Below, piece after piece: positions 1-9,047 of a DNA stretch of 64,000 nucleotides. A program made the translations under genes and the position numbers. The notes beneath the pieces are model-generated. The model was given only the letters and a program-made list of their open reading frames with translations, was not told the DNA's origin and made no database searches. How positions within the stretch are numbered: the stretch's first letter is position 1; each line of letters begins with the position of its first letter. This stretch comes from Limnochordales bacterium (GTDB lineage: Bacteria; Bacillota; Limnochordia; Limnochordales; ZCTH02-B6): the NCBI GenBank assembly GCA_035304545.1, contig DATGPV010000018.1:4331-68330 (forward strand), read 5' to 3'.

Positions 1-840
1 CGCCGCCGCCATGATCAGGGCGTCGGCGCCGGCCACGGCCCTTTTCACCGCGGCCAGCATCTCCTGGGCCGAGGCCACCTGTTCCACGTGGATGCCGGCC
101 GCGGTTTCCGGGTCGGGGGCGACGGTGGTCACGAGGGTGACCTGGGCGCCCCGATCCCGGGCGGCGGCGGCCAGCGCGTGGCCCATCTTGCCCGAGGAGC
201 GGTTGGTGATGTAGCGCACGGGGTCGATGGCTTCCCGGGTGCCCCCGGCGGACACCACCACCCGCCGGCCGGCCAGGTCCCCCTGGCGCCCCAATACCCA
301 GCGCAAGGTGCCCAAAATGGTGCCCAGATCCGCCAGCCGCCCGATGCCGGCTTCCCCCGACGCGAGGCGGCCGCGGGCGGGGGGCACGATGACCGCCCCC
401 CACTCCCGGAGCCGGGCCAGGTTGGCCTGGGTGGCGGGATGCTGGTACATGCGGGTTTCCATGGCGGGGCAGACGATGATGGGCGCGGCCGTGGCCAGCA
501 CGGTGGCGGTCAGCACGTCGTCGGCCAAACCCAGGGCCAGGCGGGCGATGAGCTGGGCGGTGGCCGGGGCCAGGAGCACCGCGTCGGCCCGCCGGGCCAG
601 GGCCACGTGGTCGATGCTGATCTCCGAACGGGGATCAAACATGTCGGTCAGCACCGGCCGGTGGGTGAGGGCCTGGAAGGTGAGGGGTTTGATGAACTCG
701 GCGGCGCCCCGGGTCATGACGGTCTCCACCCGCGCGCCCGCCTGCACCAGGCGGCTGGCCAGGTCCGCAGCCTTGTACACGGCAATGCTGCCCGAAACGC
801 CCAGCACGATGGTCTTGCCCGACAGGGGGTGCTCCGTCAT
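1..840 (-). CDS. coaBC: Bifunctional phosphopantothenoylcysteine decarboxylase / phosphopantothenate-cysteine ligase CoaBC (5' portion; 3' end runs off the window)
   Basis: Absent from the ORF track because there is no stop in the window. My reverse translation from ATG 840-838 gives MTEHPLSGKTIVLGVSGSIAVYKAADL (flavoprotein domain). Further on it reads VVVSAGGTREAIDPVRYITNRSSGKMGHALA (CoaB signature). The ATG overlaps the coaX stop (ATGA at 840-837). Confidence 0.85.
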   Translation of the reverse strand, partial: MTEHPLSGKTIVLGVSGSIAVYKAADLASRLVQAGARVETVMTRGAAEFIKPLTFQALTHRPVLTDMFDPRSEISIDHVALARRADAVLLAPATAQLIARLALGLADDVLTATVLATAAPIIVCPAMETRMYQHPATQANLARLREWGAVIVPPARGRLASGEAGIGRLADLGTILGTLRWVLGRQGDLAGRRVVVSAGGTREAIDPVRYITNRSSGKMGHALAAAARDRGAQVTLVTTVAPDPETAAGIHVEQVASAQEMLAAVKRAVAGADALIMAAA

Positions 841-1655
841 GCGTTCAAGCCTCCCCGGGCGCGGTCGGGATGGTTGGGCTCGTAGTGGGGGTGGTTGAGC
901 AGGTACAGCAGGCGCAAGCCCTCCAGGGTCAGGTGCGGGTCGATGACGTCAAAGACGCCGCTGTCCCGGGCCACCACCTCGGCCAAGCCGCCGGTGGCGA
1001 TGACCCGGGCCTGGCCGCCCAGCTCGGCCCGGATGCGCTCGATGAGCCCCCGCACCAGGCCCGCGTAGCCGTAGACCGTGCCCGCCTGCATGGCGTGCAC
1101 GGTGTTGCGGCCGATGGCGGTGGGCGGCGGCGACAGGTCCACCCGGGGCAGTTTGGCCGCCCGGACAAACAGGGCTTCCGCGGCGATCTGCACGCCGGGG
1201 GCGATGGCGCCGCCCAGGTACTCCCCGTCCGCGGAGATGACGTCGAAGGTGGTGGCGGTGCCCATGTCCACCACGATGGCCGGGCCGCCGTAGCGCTGGT
1301 GGCAGGCCACCGCGTTGGCCAGGCGGTCCGCGCCCACCTCGGCGGGATTGTCCACCTGGATGCGGACCCCCGTCACGCCGATCCGCCCGCTGACGGACCA
1401 GGGGGCCGTCGAGAACAGGTGGCGCACCACCCGCTCGAAGTGGGGCTGCAGGGGCGGGACCACGTTGCCGATGACCACCGCGTCCACCTCCAGGGGGGTG
1501 TGGCCGGCCCGCTGGAACCAGTTGTCGATCTGGATCTCGTATTCGTCGGCGGTGCGGCGCAGATCCGTGGACAGGCTCCACGTGCGCAGCAGCTGCTCCC
1601 CCCGGAACAAGCCAAAGCTGATGTTGGTGTTGCCGATGTCGATGGCCAACAGCAT
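837..1655 (-). CDS. coaX: Type III pantothenate kinase
   Basis: 272-aa ORF. The N-terminus MLLAIDIGNTNISFGLF is the CoaX-family phosphate-binding motif. The stop is translationally coupled to the coaBC start. Confidence 0.95.
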   Translation of the reverse strand: MLLAIDIGNTNISFGLFRGEQLLRTWSLSTDLRRTADEYEIQIDNWFQRAGHTPLEVDAVVIGNVVPPLQPHFERVVRHLFSTAPWSVSGRIGVTGVRIQVDNPAEVGADRLANAVACHQRYGGPAIVVDMGTATTFDVISADGEYLGGAIAPGVQIAAEALFVRAAKLPRVDLSPPPTAIGRNTVHAMQAGTVYGYAGLVRGLIERIRAELGGQARVIATGGLAEVVARDSGVFDVIDPHLTLEGLRLLYLLNHPHYEPNHPDRARGGLNA

Positions 1656-1667
1656 GGGATCACATCC

Positions 1668-2753
1668 TTATGCGGGCGGAAATGGGAGGGGCCCGGGCGG
1701 GACCTCAGGCAGGCAGCGGGCCACGGCTTCCCGCACCCGGGCGCCGGAATCCATCTCTTCCAAAGGATCCCGTCGCAGTCGATGGCTGAGGGCCATGGGC
1801 GCCAGCCCCGCCACGTCGTGCACGGCCACGGCTTCCCGGCCCGCCAGGGCGGCGTAGGCCCGGGCCGCCCGGAGCAAGGTCAGCTCCCCCCGGTGGCCCG
1901 CCAGGCCCAACGCGGCCGACAGGCCGGCCACCGCTTCCAGCACGGCCTCGGGTACGTCCACGCTGTTCAACCGCTCCCGGGCCGCGACGATCCGGTCCCG
2001 CCAGTCGGCTTCGGCCGCGGCAAAGCGGGCGGCAAAGGCCCGGGGATGGCGCTCGAACTCATCCCGCCGCCGCACGATCTCCACCCGCAGCGGGATGTCG
2101 GTGATGGTGGCCACGGGCACAAACAGCCCGAAGCGGTCCAGAAGCTGCGGGCGCAGATCGCCCTCTTCGGGGTTGCCGGACCCGATGAGGACAAACCGGG
2201 CCGGGTGGGTGAGGCTGATGCCTTCCCGCTCCACCACATTGACCCCGCTCGCGGCTACATCCAGCAGCAGGTCCACCAGGTGGTCCTCCAGCAAGTTGAC
2301 TTCGTCGATGTAGAGGAACCCCCGGTGGGCCCGGGCCAAAAGGCCCGGCGCGAAGACGGTTTCGCCGCGCACCAGGGCCGCTTCAATGTCCAGGCTGCCC
2401 ACGACCCGGTCTTCCGTCGCGCCCAAGGGCAGATCCACGACGGGGATAGGCTGCCACTCGGTTTCCAGCTTCTCTCCCTGGGCGTCCCGCTCCTGGCACA
2501 GGCGGCACCATTCCTCGGGACGCCCAGGATCGCAGCGGAAAGGGCACCCCGCGACGACGGGAATGGGCGGCAGAAGCCGGGCCAGGGCCCGCACGGCGGT
2601 GGACTTGGCGGTGCCCCGATCGCCCATGGCCAGCACACCGCCGATAAGCGGGTCAATGGCCACCAGCACTAGGGCCAGGCGCAGCGCGTCCTGTCCCACG
2701 ATGGCGGAGAAAGGATACACCGGCTGCAGGCCGGTGGCAGTCTTGAGCGGCAC
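1668..2753 (-). CDS. chlI: ChlI/BchI-type AAA+ ATPase subunit of a class I (CobN/ChlH-type) metal chelatase
   Basis: 361 aa. It contains [40 protein letters not shown] (Walker A) and [20 protein letters not shown] (Walker B). The GTG start at 2753 directly abuts the cobN TGA (2756-2754). Confidence 0.85.
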   Translation of the reverse strand: MPLKTATGLQPVYPFSAIVGQDALRLALVLVAIDPLIGGVLAMGDRGTAKSTAVRALARLLPPIPVVAGCPFRCDPGRPEEWCRLCQERDAQGEKLETEWQPIPVVDLPLGATEDRVVGSLDIEAALVRGETVFAPGLLARAHRGFLYIDEVNLLEDHLVDLLLDVAASGVNVVEREGISLTHPARFVLIGSGNPEEGDLRPQLLDRFGLFVPVATITDIPLRVEIVRRRDEFERHPRAFAARFAAAEADWRDRIVAARERLNSVDVPEAVLEAVAGLSAALGLAGHRGELTLLRAARAYAALAGREAVAVHDVAGLAPMALSHRLRRDPLEEMDSGARVREAVARCLPEVPPGPLPFPPA

Positions 2754-5700
2754 TCACACAACCCCCTCGACGCGATCTTCCGCGTCGGCCAGGATGGCTT
2801 GCAACTTCGCCCAGCGGTGGTCGTCGGCCTGCCAAAAGCCGCGCGCGTAAGCCTCCGCGAGCCGGCCCGCCATCCGTTGCACTGCCCGGGGATTCAGCTC
2901 AAGCAGGCGGGTCCGCATGGCGTCGTCCAACAGGAACGTGTCCGCGGCGGCGGTGTAGACCCAGCTGTCCACCGCGCCCGCGGTGGCCGACCAGCCAAAG
3001 GTGTTGTCCAGCCGCGTCGCAATCTCGTGCACCCCCTGGTAGCCGTGGCGCAGCATCCCTTCGTACCAGCGGGGGTTCAAAAGGCGCGTCCGGGTCTCCA
3101 GGCGCAGCGTCTGCGCGAGGGTGCGCACCTTTGCCCCGGGCGCCACGGTGTCGGCCACGAAGGCGGCCGGCGGCTGGCCCCGCACCTTTTGCGCGGCCGC
3201 GGCCAGGCCGCCCAAGTATTCGAAGTAGTGGTCCACGTCGGCCAGCCCGATTTCGGCGGAATCCAGGTTTTGAAACGCGGCCGCGCACGTTTTGAGGCAC
3301 GCGGCCAAAAGGTCCGGGTGGGCTTCTCCGGTCCGGCCGTCGCCGTAGACGTAGGCCTTGCGCTCCAGGAACGCCGCGCCCAAGTCGTCCGCGGTGTCCC
3401 ACGTGGACGCCTCCACCAGGTGATTGACGCCGGTGCCGTACTGCCCGGGGGCGTTGCTGAACACCCGGCGGGCTGCCTCCCGCAAGGGCAGGTCCAGGCT
3501 CCGGGCGATGGCCAGCGCGTGCTTGCGGATGTAGTTGTGCTCGGGATCTTCGTCGGCGGCGGCCGCCAGCTGGATAGCCCGGTCCAACAGCTCCAGGACG
3601 TTGGGAAAGATGTCCCGGAAAATCCCCGACACCGACAGCACCACGTCGATGCGGGGGCGGCCCAGCTCCGCCAAGGGCACCAGGGCCAGGCGGGTCATGC
3701 GGCCCAGGCTGTCGGGCAGCACCCGCACGCCGATGAGCTCCAGGACTTGGGCTACCCCTTCGCCCTGGGTCTTAATATTGTCGGTGCCCCAAAGCACGCA
3801 GGCGATGGTTTCCGGCCACCCGCCGTCCCGTTCCCGCAGGGCTGCCAAGAGCTGCTGGACCACGGGCCGGGCCCGGGCCACCGCGGCCGCGGACGGGATC
3901 CGGTGGGGGTCCAGGGCGTGCAGGTTGCGGCCCGTGGGCAGCGCGGCCGGCACCCGGGCGGGGTCGCCGCCGGGAGCGGGGGGGATGTACCGGCCGGCCA
4001 TGGCGGCCAGAAGGGCTGGGATTTCCCGGTCTTGACGCAGGCGCTCCAGGAAGTCCCGGGCAAAACCTAGCAGCGCCTCCCATTGGGGGCCCCGGGCTGC
4101 CCCCGGCAGCTCCGGCCAGGCCGCTTCCCCCGCGGCACCGTCTTTGGCCGGCAGCTCTCCGGCCGCCAGCAGGCGGACCACTTGCCGCCCCGCGTCCAGC
4201 ACCGCCGCGCGGCGGGGGTCGGCGGCGTCCAGCTGGTCCCAATCCAGCCCGAATCCTGCGGCGATGAGCTGGGGCAGGCCGGGGACCCCCAGTTCGGGGC
4301 GGGGGTGCTGCAGGGCGGCCCACAGGAATTCCGCGGCTTCCTCGGTGGTGACGGGTTCGCCGGCCACGTGGAGGCCCACGGGGATGAGCCGCTCCGCCAA
4401 GGTCCGCAGGTAGGTTTCCAGGCGGCCGACGTAGGCCTCGGGAGCCTCACCGTCCGCCGGCCGCGCCACGTCATCGTCCAGGTGCGCTTCCTGCGCCAGG
4501 GCCCGCACCGCTTCCCAGGCCCGTTGCCGCTGGGACTGGGGGGCGCTGCGCCAGGCCGCGAGGGCGTCTTGCAAGGCCAGGAGCTGGCGGTACAGCCCTG
4601 CCTCCCGCAGGGGCGGGCTCAAGTAGGTGACCATGGTCGCGTAGGCGCGGCGCTTGGCGATGGTGGCTTCCGAAGGGTTGTTCATGGAGTAAAAGTACAC
4701 GTGGGGCAAGTCGCCCAAGAGCAGATCCGGCCAGCAGCCGGCGGTGAGCCCCACCTGCTTGCCGGGCATAAACTCCAGCGCCCCGTGGGTGCCCAAGTGG
4801 ACCACCACGTCGGCCCGCCAGACGTGCTGCAGCCAGGCGTAATACGCGGCGAAGCTGTGGGAGGGGCTCGCGTCCTGGGCAAACAGCAGGCGCATGGGAT
4901 CCCCTTCCCAGCCGAAGCCCGGCTGAACGCCGATAAAGACATGGCCCAGGGCCCGGCCGCGGATGAAAAGGCCGCGCCCGTCGGTGTCCAGCTGGCCCGG
5001 GGCCGGGCCAAAGTTGGCCGCGATGCGGTCCGCGCCCGGCACCAGCCGGAGGTAGTCCTCCACCGGCAGCCGATCGGCCACGGCGATAGTAGGGGCGCCG
5101 GGCAAGGCTTCCTCGGACCCCAGCACCAGGTCCAGCAGGGTGCGGGGGTCGGGCGGCACCGTCACCTGGTAGCCGGCGGCTTGCATGGCCGCCAGCAGGC
5201 GGTGGAGGGTGCGAAACACGTCCAGGTAGGCCGCGCTGCCGACGCTGCCCTTGTCGGGCGGGAAGCTGAAGATGGTGATGGCCACCCGCCGCTGCGCCGG
5301 CGGCTTGCGGCGCAGGTCAACCCAGCGGCGGACCCGCCGGGCCAGGGCCGCCACCTGGTGTGCCTCCGGCACAAAGTCGCCATCCTGGCCCAGGCCGGCA
5401 AACACCCGGGGTTCTGTGGCTCCCTCCAGTTCGGGCAAGACCACCTGCAAGGCCGTCTGCATGGGCGCCAAGCCCACGGGATGCGCGAGCCACTGCTCGC
5501 GGGTCTGGAACAGGAGCGGGAAGGGGACCAGGTACGGCACGTCCAGTTCCTGCAAGAGCTGCACTGCTTGGTCGGGCTGGGGCCGGCCCATGGAGCCGAT
5601 GAGGTTGAACCCCGTCAAGTTCAGCAGGAGGTCAATGCCCGCGGGGCGCAAAAGCGTCGCCACCAAGGTGCGGTTGTCCAGCCCGCCGAACCCCGCGACC

Positions 5701-6551
5701 ACGTCCAGCCCCTGCTCTTCCAGGGCGGTGATGACCGCGTCGTAGTGCCGCCACGCGCCGCTGGTGACGTACTGGCGAAACACGATGACGCCCACCGCAG
5801 GCCGGGACCGCGGCGCCGCCGGCCCTTGCCCGCGGCGGGGCTGCCCCGCGGGACCGGCCGCGTCGCGGTACTCGTCGTACCAGGCCCGGTAGGCGTCGTA
5901 GGAGGCAAAATACCGCTCCGCCCGGGGGTGCCACAAGGCCACCTCGGGATACGCCTCGGGCGGCTCGGGGTCGAAGCGGCCGGCGTGGGCCGGATGGTGA
6001 TTGGCCAAATGCAGCAGCAGCCGGCGAAAGTTTTCCGGCGAGGCGTGGAGCCAGTAGGCGCCGGCCCGGGCATAGGCCCAGGCGTCGCCCAGGGCTTCGG
6101 GGCCCAGGCGCATGCCCAGGCGGGGCAGGGCCAACAACAGCGCCGGGGGCGAGGGGGGAGGAGCAGCGCCCGCCGCCGCCAGCCTCTGGACCAGGGCGTC
6201 CCAGCCCGGGCCGCCTCGGGCCAGGACCTCGGCGTCGAAGGAACCGAGCCGCGTGAGAAGCATCAGTTCGGGCTGGGATGTGAAAAAGACGGTGACCGGC
6301 GGCCGCTGCCGGCGGAGCAGGTCCGCGAGCAGCGCCGCTTCCCGGTCGCTGTTGATCATGGAACCAATGAAGATGTCGGCCCGGGCCAGCCGTGGGCCCA
6401 ACCGGGCCGCGTCCAGCCCCGCAAGCTCATCCAGCGTGCAGCCGTCCAGCTCCACGGCCATATCCGGCCCGGCCCCCCGCAGGGCCGCGGCCGCGGCCCG
6501 CAGGGCGGGCACCAGCTGGGATTCGGCCACAATGTAAAACACGCGCAGCAA
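2754..6551 (-). CDS. cobN: CobN/ChlH-family large chelatase subunit (cobaltochelatase CobN-like)
   Basis: Track ORF 2754..6584 (1276 aa) has CobN/Mg-chelatase H-family length and sequence throughout. The preferred start is TTG at 6551, 6 nt downstream of GGGAGGA (6564-6558). The track start at 6584 has no SD. Confidence 0.9.
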   Translation of the reverse strand: MLRVFYIVAESQLVPALRAAAAALRGAGPDMAVELDGCTLDELAGLDAARLGPRLARADIFIGSMINSDREAALLADLLRRQRPPVTVFFTSQPELMLLTRLGSFDAEVLARGGPGWDALVQRLAAAGAAPPPSPPALLLALPRLGMRLGPEALGDAWAYARAGAYWLHASPENFRRLLLHLANHHPAHAGRFDPEPPEAYPEVALWHPRAERYFASYDAYRAWYDEYRDAAGPAGQPRRGQGPAAPRSRPAVGVIVFRQYVTSGAWRHYDAVITALEEQGLDVVAGFGGLDNRTLVATLLRPAGIDLLLNLTGFNLIGSMGRPQPDQAVQLLQELDVPYLVPFPLLFQTREQWLAHPVGLAPMQTALQVVLPELEGATEPRVFAGLGQDGDFVPEAHQVAALARRVRRWVDLRRKPPAQRRVAITIFSFPPDKGSVGSAAYLDVFRTLHRLLAAMQAAGYQVTVPPDPRTLLDLVLGSEEALPGAPTIAVADRLPVEDYLRLVPGADRIAANFGPAPGQLDTDGRGLFIRGRALGHVFIGVQPGFGWEGDPMRLLFAQDASPSHSFAAYYAWLQHVWRADVVVHLGTHGALEFMPGKQVGLTAGCWPDLLLGDLPHVYFYSMNNPSEATIAKRRAYATMVTYLSPPLREAGLYRQLLALQDALAAWRSAPQSQRQRAWEAVRALAQEAHLDDDVARPADGEAPEAYVGRLETYLRTLAERLIPVGLHVAGEPVTTEEAAEFLWAALQHPRPELGVPGLPQLIAAGFGLDWDQLDAADPRRAAVLDAGRQVVRLLAAGELPAKDGAAGEAAWPELPGAARGPQWEALLGFARDFLERLRQDREIPALLAAMAGRYIPPAPGGDPARVPAALPTGRNLHALDPHRIPSAAAVARARPVVQQLLAALRERDGGWPETIACVLWGTDNIKTQGEGVAQVLELIGVRVLPDSLGRMTRLALVPLAELGRPRIDVVLSVSGIFRDIFPNVLELLDRAIQLAAAADEDPEHNYIRKHALAIARSLDLPLREAARRVFSNAPGQYGTGVNHLVEASTWDTADDLGAAFLERKAYVYGDGRTGEAHPDLLAACLKTCAAAFQNLDSAEIGLADVDHYFEYLGGLAAAAQKVRGQPPAAFVADTVAPGAKVRTLAQTLRLETRTRLLNPRWYEGMLRHGYQGVHEIATRLDNTFGWSATAGAVDSWVYTAAADTFLLDDAMRTRLLELNPRAVQRMAGRLAEAYARGFWQADDHRWAKLQAILADAEDRVEGVV

Positions 6552-6718
6552 CGGTGGTCCTCCCGATACGCAAGACCTAGGCAATTAGCCTTCGCCTTGC
6601 GCCCAGGCCAATCCTCCGGCCCGCCCGCAGGGCGGGGAAGTCGGGCGCAGGCCTTGGGGGCGGTGCCGGAGAAATCATACCCGATGCAGGGGAGAAATTT
6701 CCAAGGGGAGGCGTTCCC

Positions 6719-7924
6719 ATGGATGATACGCAGCTGCTGAAGCAGCTGGCGGTGGCCGCCGACAGCAAGCTGGTGCTCTTGGTGCTGGACGGCCTGGGCG
6801 GCCTGCCCGACCCGGCCACGGGCCGCACCGAGCTGGAGACGGCCCGCACGCCCAATTTGGATGCCTTGGCCCGGCAGGGATCCGTCGGCCTCATGACGCC
6901 CATCGCCCCCGGCGTCACCCCGGGCAGCGCCCCGGCCCACCTGGCGCTGTTCGGCTACGACGCGGTGCAGTACCAGATCGGGCGCGGGGTTCTCTCGGCG
7001 GCAGGCGTCGGGCTGGAGCTGGGTCCCGGCGACGTCGCGTGCCGGGTCAACTTCGCCACGATGCAGGACGGCGTCATCACCGACCGGCGGGCCGGCCGCA
7101 TCCCGACGGAGGAAGCCCGGCGGCTGTGCCAGCGCCTTAGCGAGATCCAGCTGCCCGGGGTGGACGTCGTCATCCGGCCGGAGATGCAGCACCGGGCCGT
7201 CATCGTGTGGCGGGGCCGGGGCCTGTCGGATCAGCTGACCGATACCGACCCGCAGGTGACGGGCAAGCCGCCCCTGCCGGTGCGGGCCCTGTCCCCCGAG
7301 GCGGAGCCGACCGCGGCCTTGGTCAACCAGTTTGTGGCCGAGGCCAACCGGATCCTGGCCGGCGAACCCCGGGCCAACACCATTTTGCTGCGGGGCTTCG
7401 GCCGCCTGCCGTCCATTCCCCGTTTCCCGGAGTTGTACCAGCTTAGGGCCGCGGTGCTGGCCGTCTATCCCATGTACCGGGGCCTGGCCAAGCTGGTGGG
7501 CATGACGGAACTGCCGGCCGGGGAGGGCTTCCGGGACCAGCTGGCGGCCTTGCGGGAGGCCTGGGACGAGTACGACTTCTTCTTCATCCACGTCAAAGGG
7601 GCGGATGCGGCCGGCGAAGACGGGGATTTCCAGCGCAAGGTGCAGGAGATCGAGGCGGTGGACGCGCTCCTGCCCCAGCTGCTGGACCTCAAACCCGACG
7701 TGCTGGTGGTGACGGGCGACCATTCCACGCCCGCGGCCCTGCGCAGCCACAGCTGGCACCCGGTGCCCGTGCTCCTGGCATCTCGCTGGGCGCGGCCCAA
7801 CCCGTGGGTGGAGGAATTTGGGGAAACCGCGTGCACCCGCGGCACGCTGGGGCATTTCCGATCCCGAGAGCTGATGGGCCTCATGCTGGCCCACGGCCTG
7901 CGGCTGAAGAGATTCGGCGCGTAG
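6719..7924 (+). CDS. apgM: Cofactor-independent phosphoglycerate mutase, archaeal ApgM type
   Basis: 401 aa. It contains [42 protein letters not shown]...[29 protein letters not shown] lies 7 nt upstream of the ATG. Confidence 0.9.
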   Translation: MDDTQLLKQLAVAADSKLVLLVLDGLGGLPDPATGRTELETARTPNLDALARQGSVGLMTPIAPGVTPGSAPAHLALFGYDAVQYQIGRGVLSAAGVGLELGPGDVACRVNFATMQDGVITDRRAGRIPTEEARRLCQRLSEIQLPGVDVVIRPEMQHRAVIVWRGRGLSDQLTDTDPQVTGKPPLPVRALSPEAEPTAALVNQFVAEANRILAGEPRANTILLRGFGRLPSIPRFPELYQLRAAVLAVYPMYRGLAKLVGMTELPAGEGFRDQLAALREAWDEYDFFFIHVKGADAAGEDGDFQRKVQEIEAVDALLPQLLDLKPDVLVVTGDHSTPAALRSHSWHPVPVLLASRWARPNPWVEEFGETACTRGTLGHFRSRELMGLMLAHGLRLKRFGA

Positions 7925-8028
7925 CCCCGCCGGTCCGCGCCCCGGCGGGGCCCGGCGCCACGCGCGCCGGGTCCGCCCGCGCCGGGGCACGGCGGCGCGG
8001 CCGGGCCGGCGCAGGGAGAGGTCAAGGC

Positions 8029-8508
8029 ATGGCGACGGTGTCCGTTGGGGTATGCGGCGCCCTCGTGCGCGACGGGCGCGTCCTCATGGTGCGGCAGGCG
8101 TACAACAACCGCTACGGCAAAGGAGCCGGCCACTGGTTCGTCCCCGGCGGCTACGTCCAGCCCGGGGAGACCTTGGCCGAGGCGGTGGTGCGGGAGATCC
8201 GGGAAGAGACGGGCGTGGTGGGCCGGGTGCGGGGGATGTTGGGCATCCGGGAACGGGAAGGGGATTTGGTGATCGCGTTTCTCCTGCATTATGTGGAAGG
8301 CCAGCTGCGGCCCGACGGCCAGGAAGTGACGGACGCCCGCTTCGTGTCCCTGGAGGAGCTGGAGGAGCTGACGCCCGTCATGGGCCTTTCCCGGGAGATC
8401 GCCCGCACGGCCTTGCGATGGCCCCACGCCGCGGTGCCCCGCCACCGCTACCGCCCCGCCGGGGCCAAGGGCTACGTGCTGTACTTGGCCGACGCGGGCC
8501 AGGCATAA
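8029..8508 (+). CDS. NUDIX hydrolase
   Basis: Nudix box [24 protein letters not shown]. The start is ATG 8029 with AGGGAGAG 8 nt upstream. The longer track ORF from 7804 overlaps the apgM 3' end and looks like a GC artefact. Confidence 0.85.
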   Translation: MATVSVGVCGALVRDGRVLMVRQAYNNRYGKGAGHWFVPGGYVQPGETLAEAVVREIREETGVVGRVRGMLGIREREGDLVIAFLLHYVEGQLRPDGQEVTDARFVSLEELEELTPVMGLSREIARTALRWPHAAVPRHRYRPAGAKGYVLYLADAGQA

Positions 8509-8514
8509 AAATTT

Positions 8515-8552
8515 CACGCTTCCGCCGCGGCCCAAGCCGCTGGGGAAGCGTG
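8515..8552 (-). terminator. Hairpin terminator downstream of rnpB; it also sits just after the NUDIX stop
   Basis: CACGCTTCC (8515-8523) pairs with GGAAGCGTG (8544-8552). On the minus strand the stem is followed by AAATTTTTAT. There is no U-tract in the + direction. Confidence 0.6.
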
Positions 8553-8567
8553 GACGACACCAGGCAA

Positions 8568-8922
8568 CAACAGGTGTGACCGTAAGCCAGATTCTGTTTC
8601 CGATGGCCATCTATCTCGCCCGGCCAAGGCCGGACGGCCTCCCTCGGGAGGCTGCCCCCTACCCGCCCCTACCGGGGCCTATTTGGGGTTGCTCGGTGGT
8701 GGGGGTTACCGCGTTCCACCCGCCCCGTCGCCGGGGCGACTCGTCTCTATGGCCCTTTTATAGCTAATCCCGACCGCGAGGGCCGGTTTCGCATCCGTCG
8801 GCTCGCGCCGCCCTGCCTTGCGGCAGGCACCAACTTTCTGCCGGTGGAAACCGACAGCCGAGTCTGGACTTTCCTCTAGCGGCCCCAAGGGGCCGCCAGC
8901 GGCCATCCGTCACACCTGTCGC
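8568..8922 (-). ncRNA. rnpB: RNase P RNA (bacterial, apparently type A)
   Basis: The minus strand reads GCTAGAGGAAAGTCCAGACTCGGC (CR-I), then GCGGTAACCCCCACCACCGAGCAACCCCAAATAGGCCCC, then GGAAACAGAATCTGGCTTACGGTCACACCTGT (CR-V region). P1 forms between 5' ACAGGTGTGAC (8919-8909) and 3' GTCACACCTGT (8580-8570). Ends are approximate (+/- 5 nt). Confidence 0.88.
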
Positions 8923-8964
8923 GCCCGGGCCCGGGCGGACCGCAGCCGATCCGCCGGCACACCA

Positions 8965-8993
8965 ATTATACCACCGGGAAAGCTGTTTCACAA
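8965..8993 (-). promoter_or_regulatory. Putative sigma-A promoter of rnpB
   Basis: Minus strand: TTGTGA (8993-8988), 17 nt, TGgTATAAT (extended -10; TATAAT at 8970-8965). It implies a leader of about 35 nt before the mature 5' end. Confidence 0.5.
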
Positions 8994-9047
8994 CCGGCGC
9001 GTTCTGGTACAATGGACCTGGACACATCAAGGGAGGCGCGGCCGGCG

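Noticed and set aside
870-2672. 600-aa + strand ORF, and similar giants: 4083..6740 +, 6356..7990 -, 14748..17258 -, 24174..26570 -, 42344..44727 - region, 48358..51009 -, 58568..61087 -, 61320..63821 -.
   Set aside because: All lie antisense to, or out of frame with, genes that have unmistakable family motifs. Their translations are Gly/Arg/Pro/His-rich low-complexity strings typical of non-coding frames in about 70% GC DNA, and they lack SD sequences.
6552-6718. Possible cobalamin riboswitch upstream of cobN, including a small hairpin CCCGCC-CGCA-GGCGGG at about 6621-6637.
   Set aside because: The 5' UTR from the best promoter (-10 TATGAT at 6679-6674, minus strand) is only about 115 nt. 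I find no B12-box (AGYCMGGAGACCKGCC-like) or GCCACTG core. It is too short and lacks the conserved elements.
7804-8028. N-terminal 75-aa extension of the NUDIX ORF.
   Set aside because: It overlaps the apgM 3' end and is Arg/Ala/Gly low-complexity. A good SD precedes the internal ATG 8029, where the Nudix fold begins.
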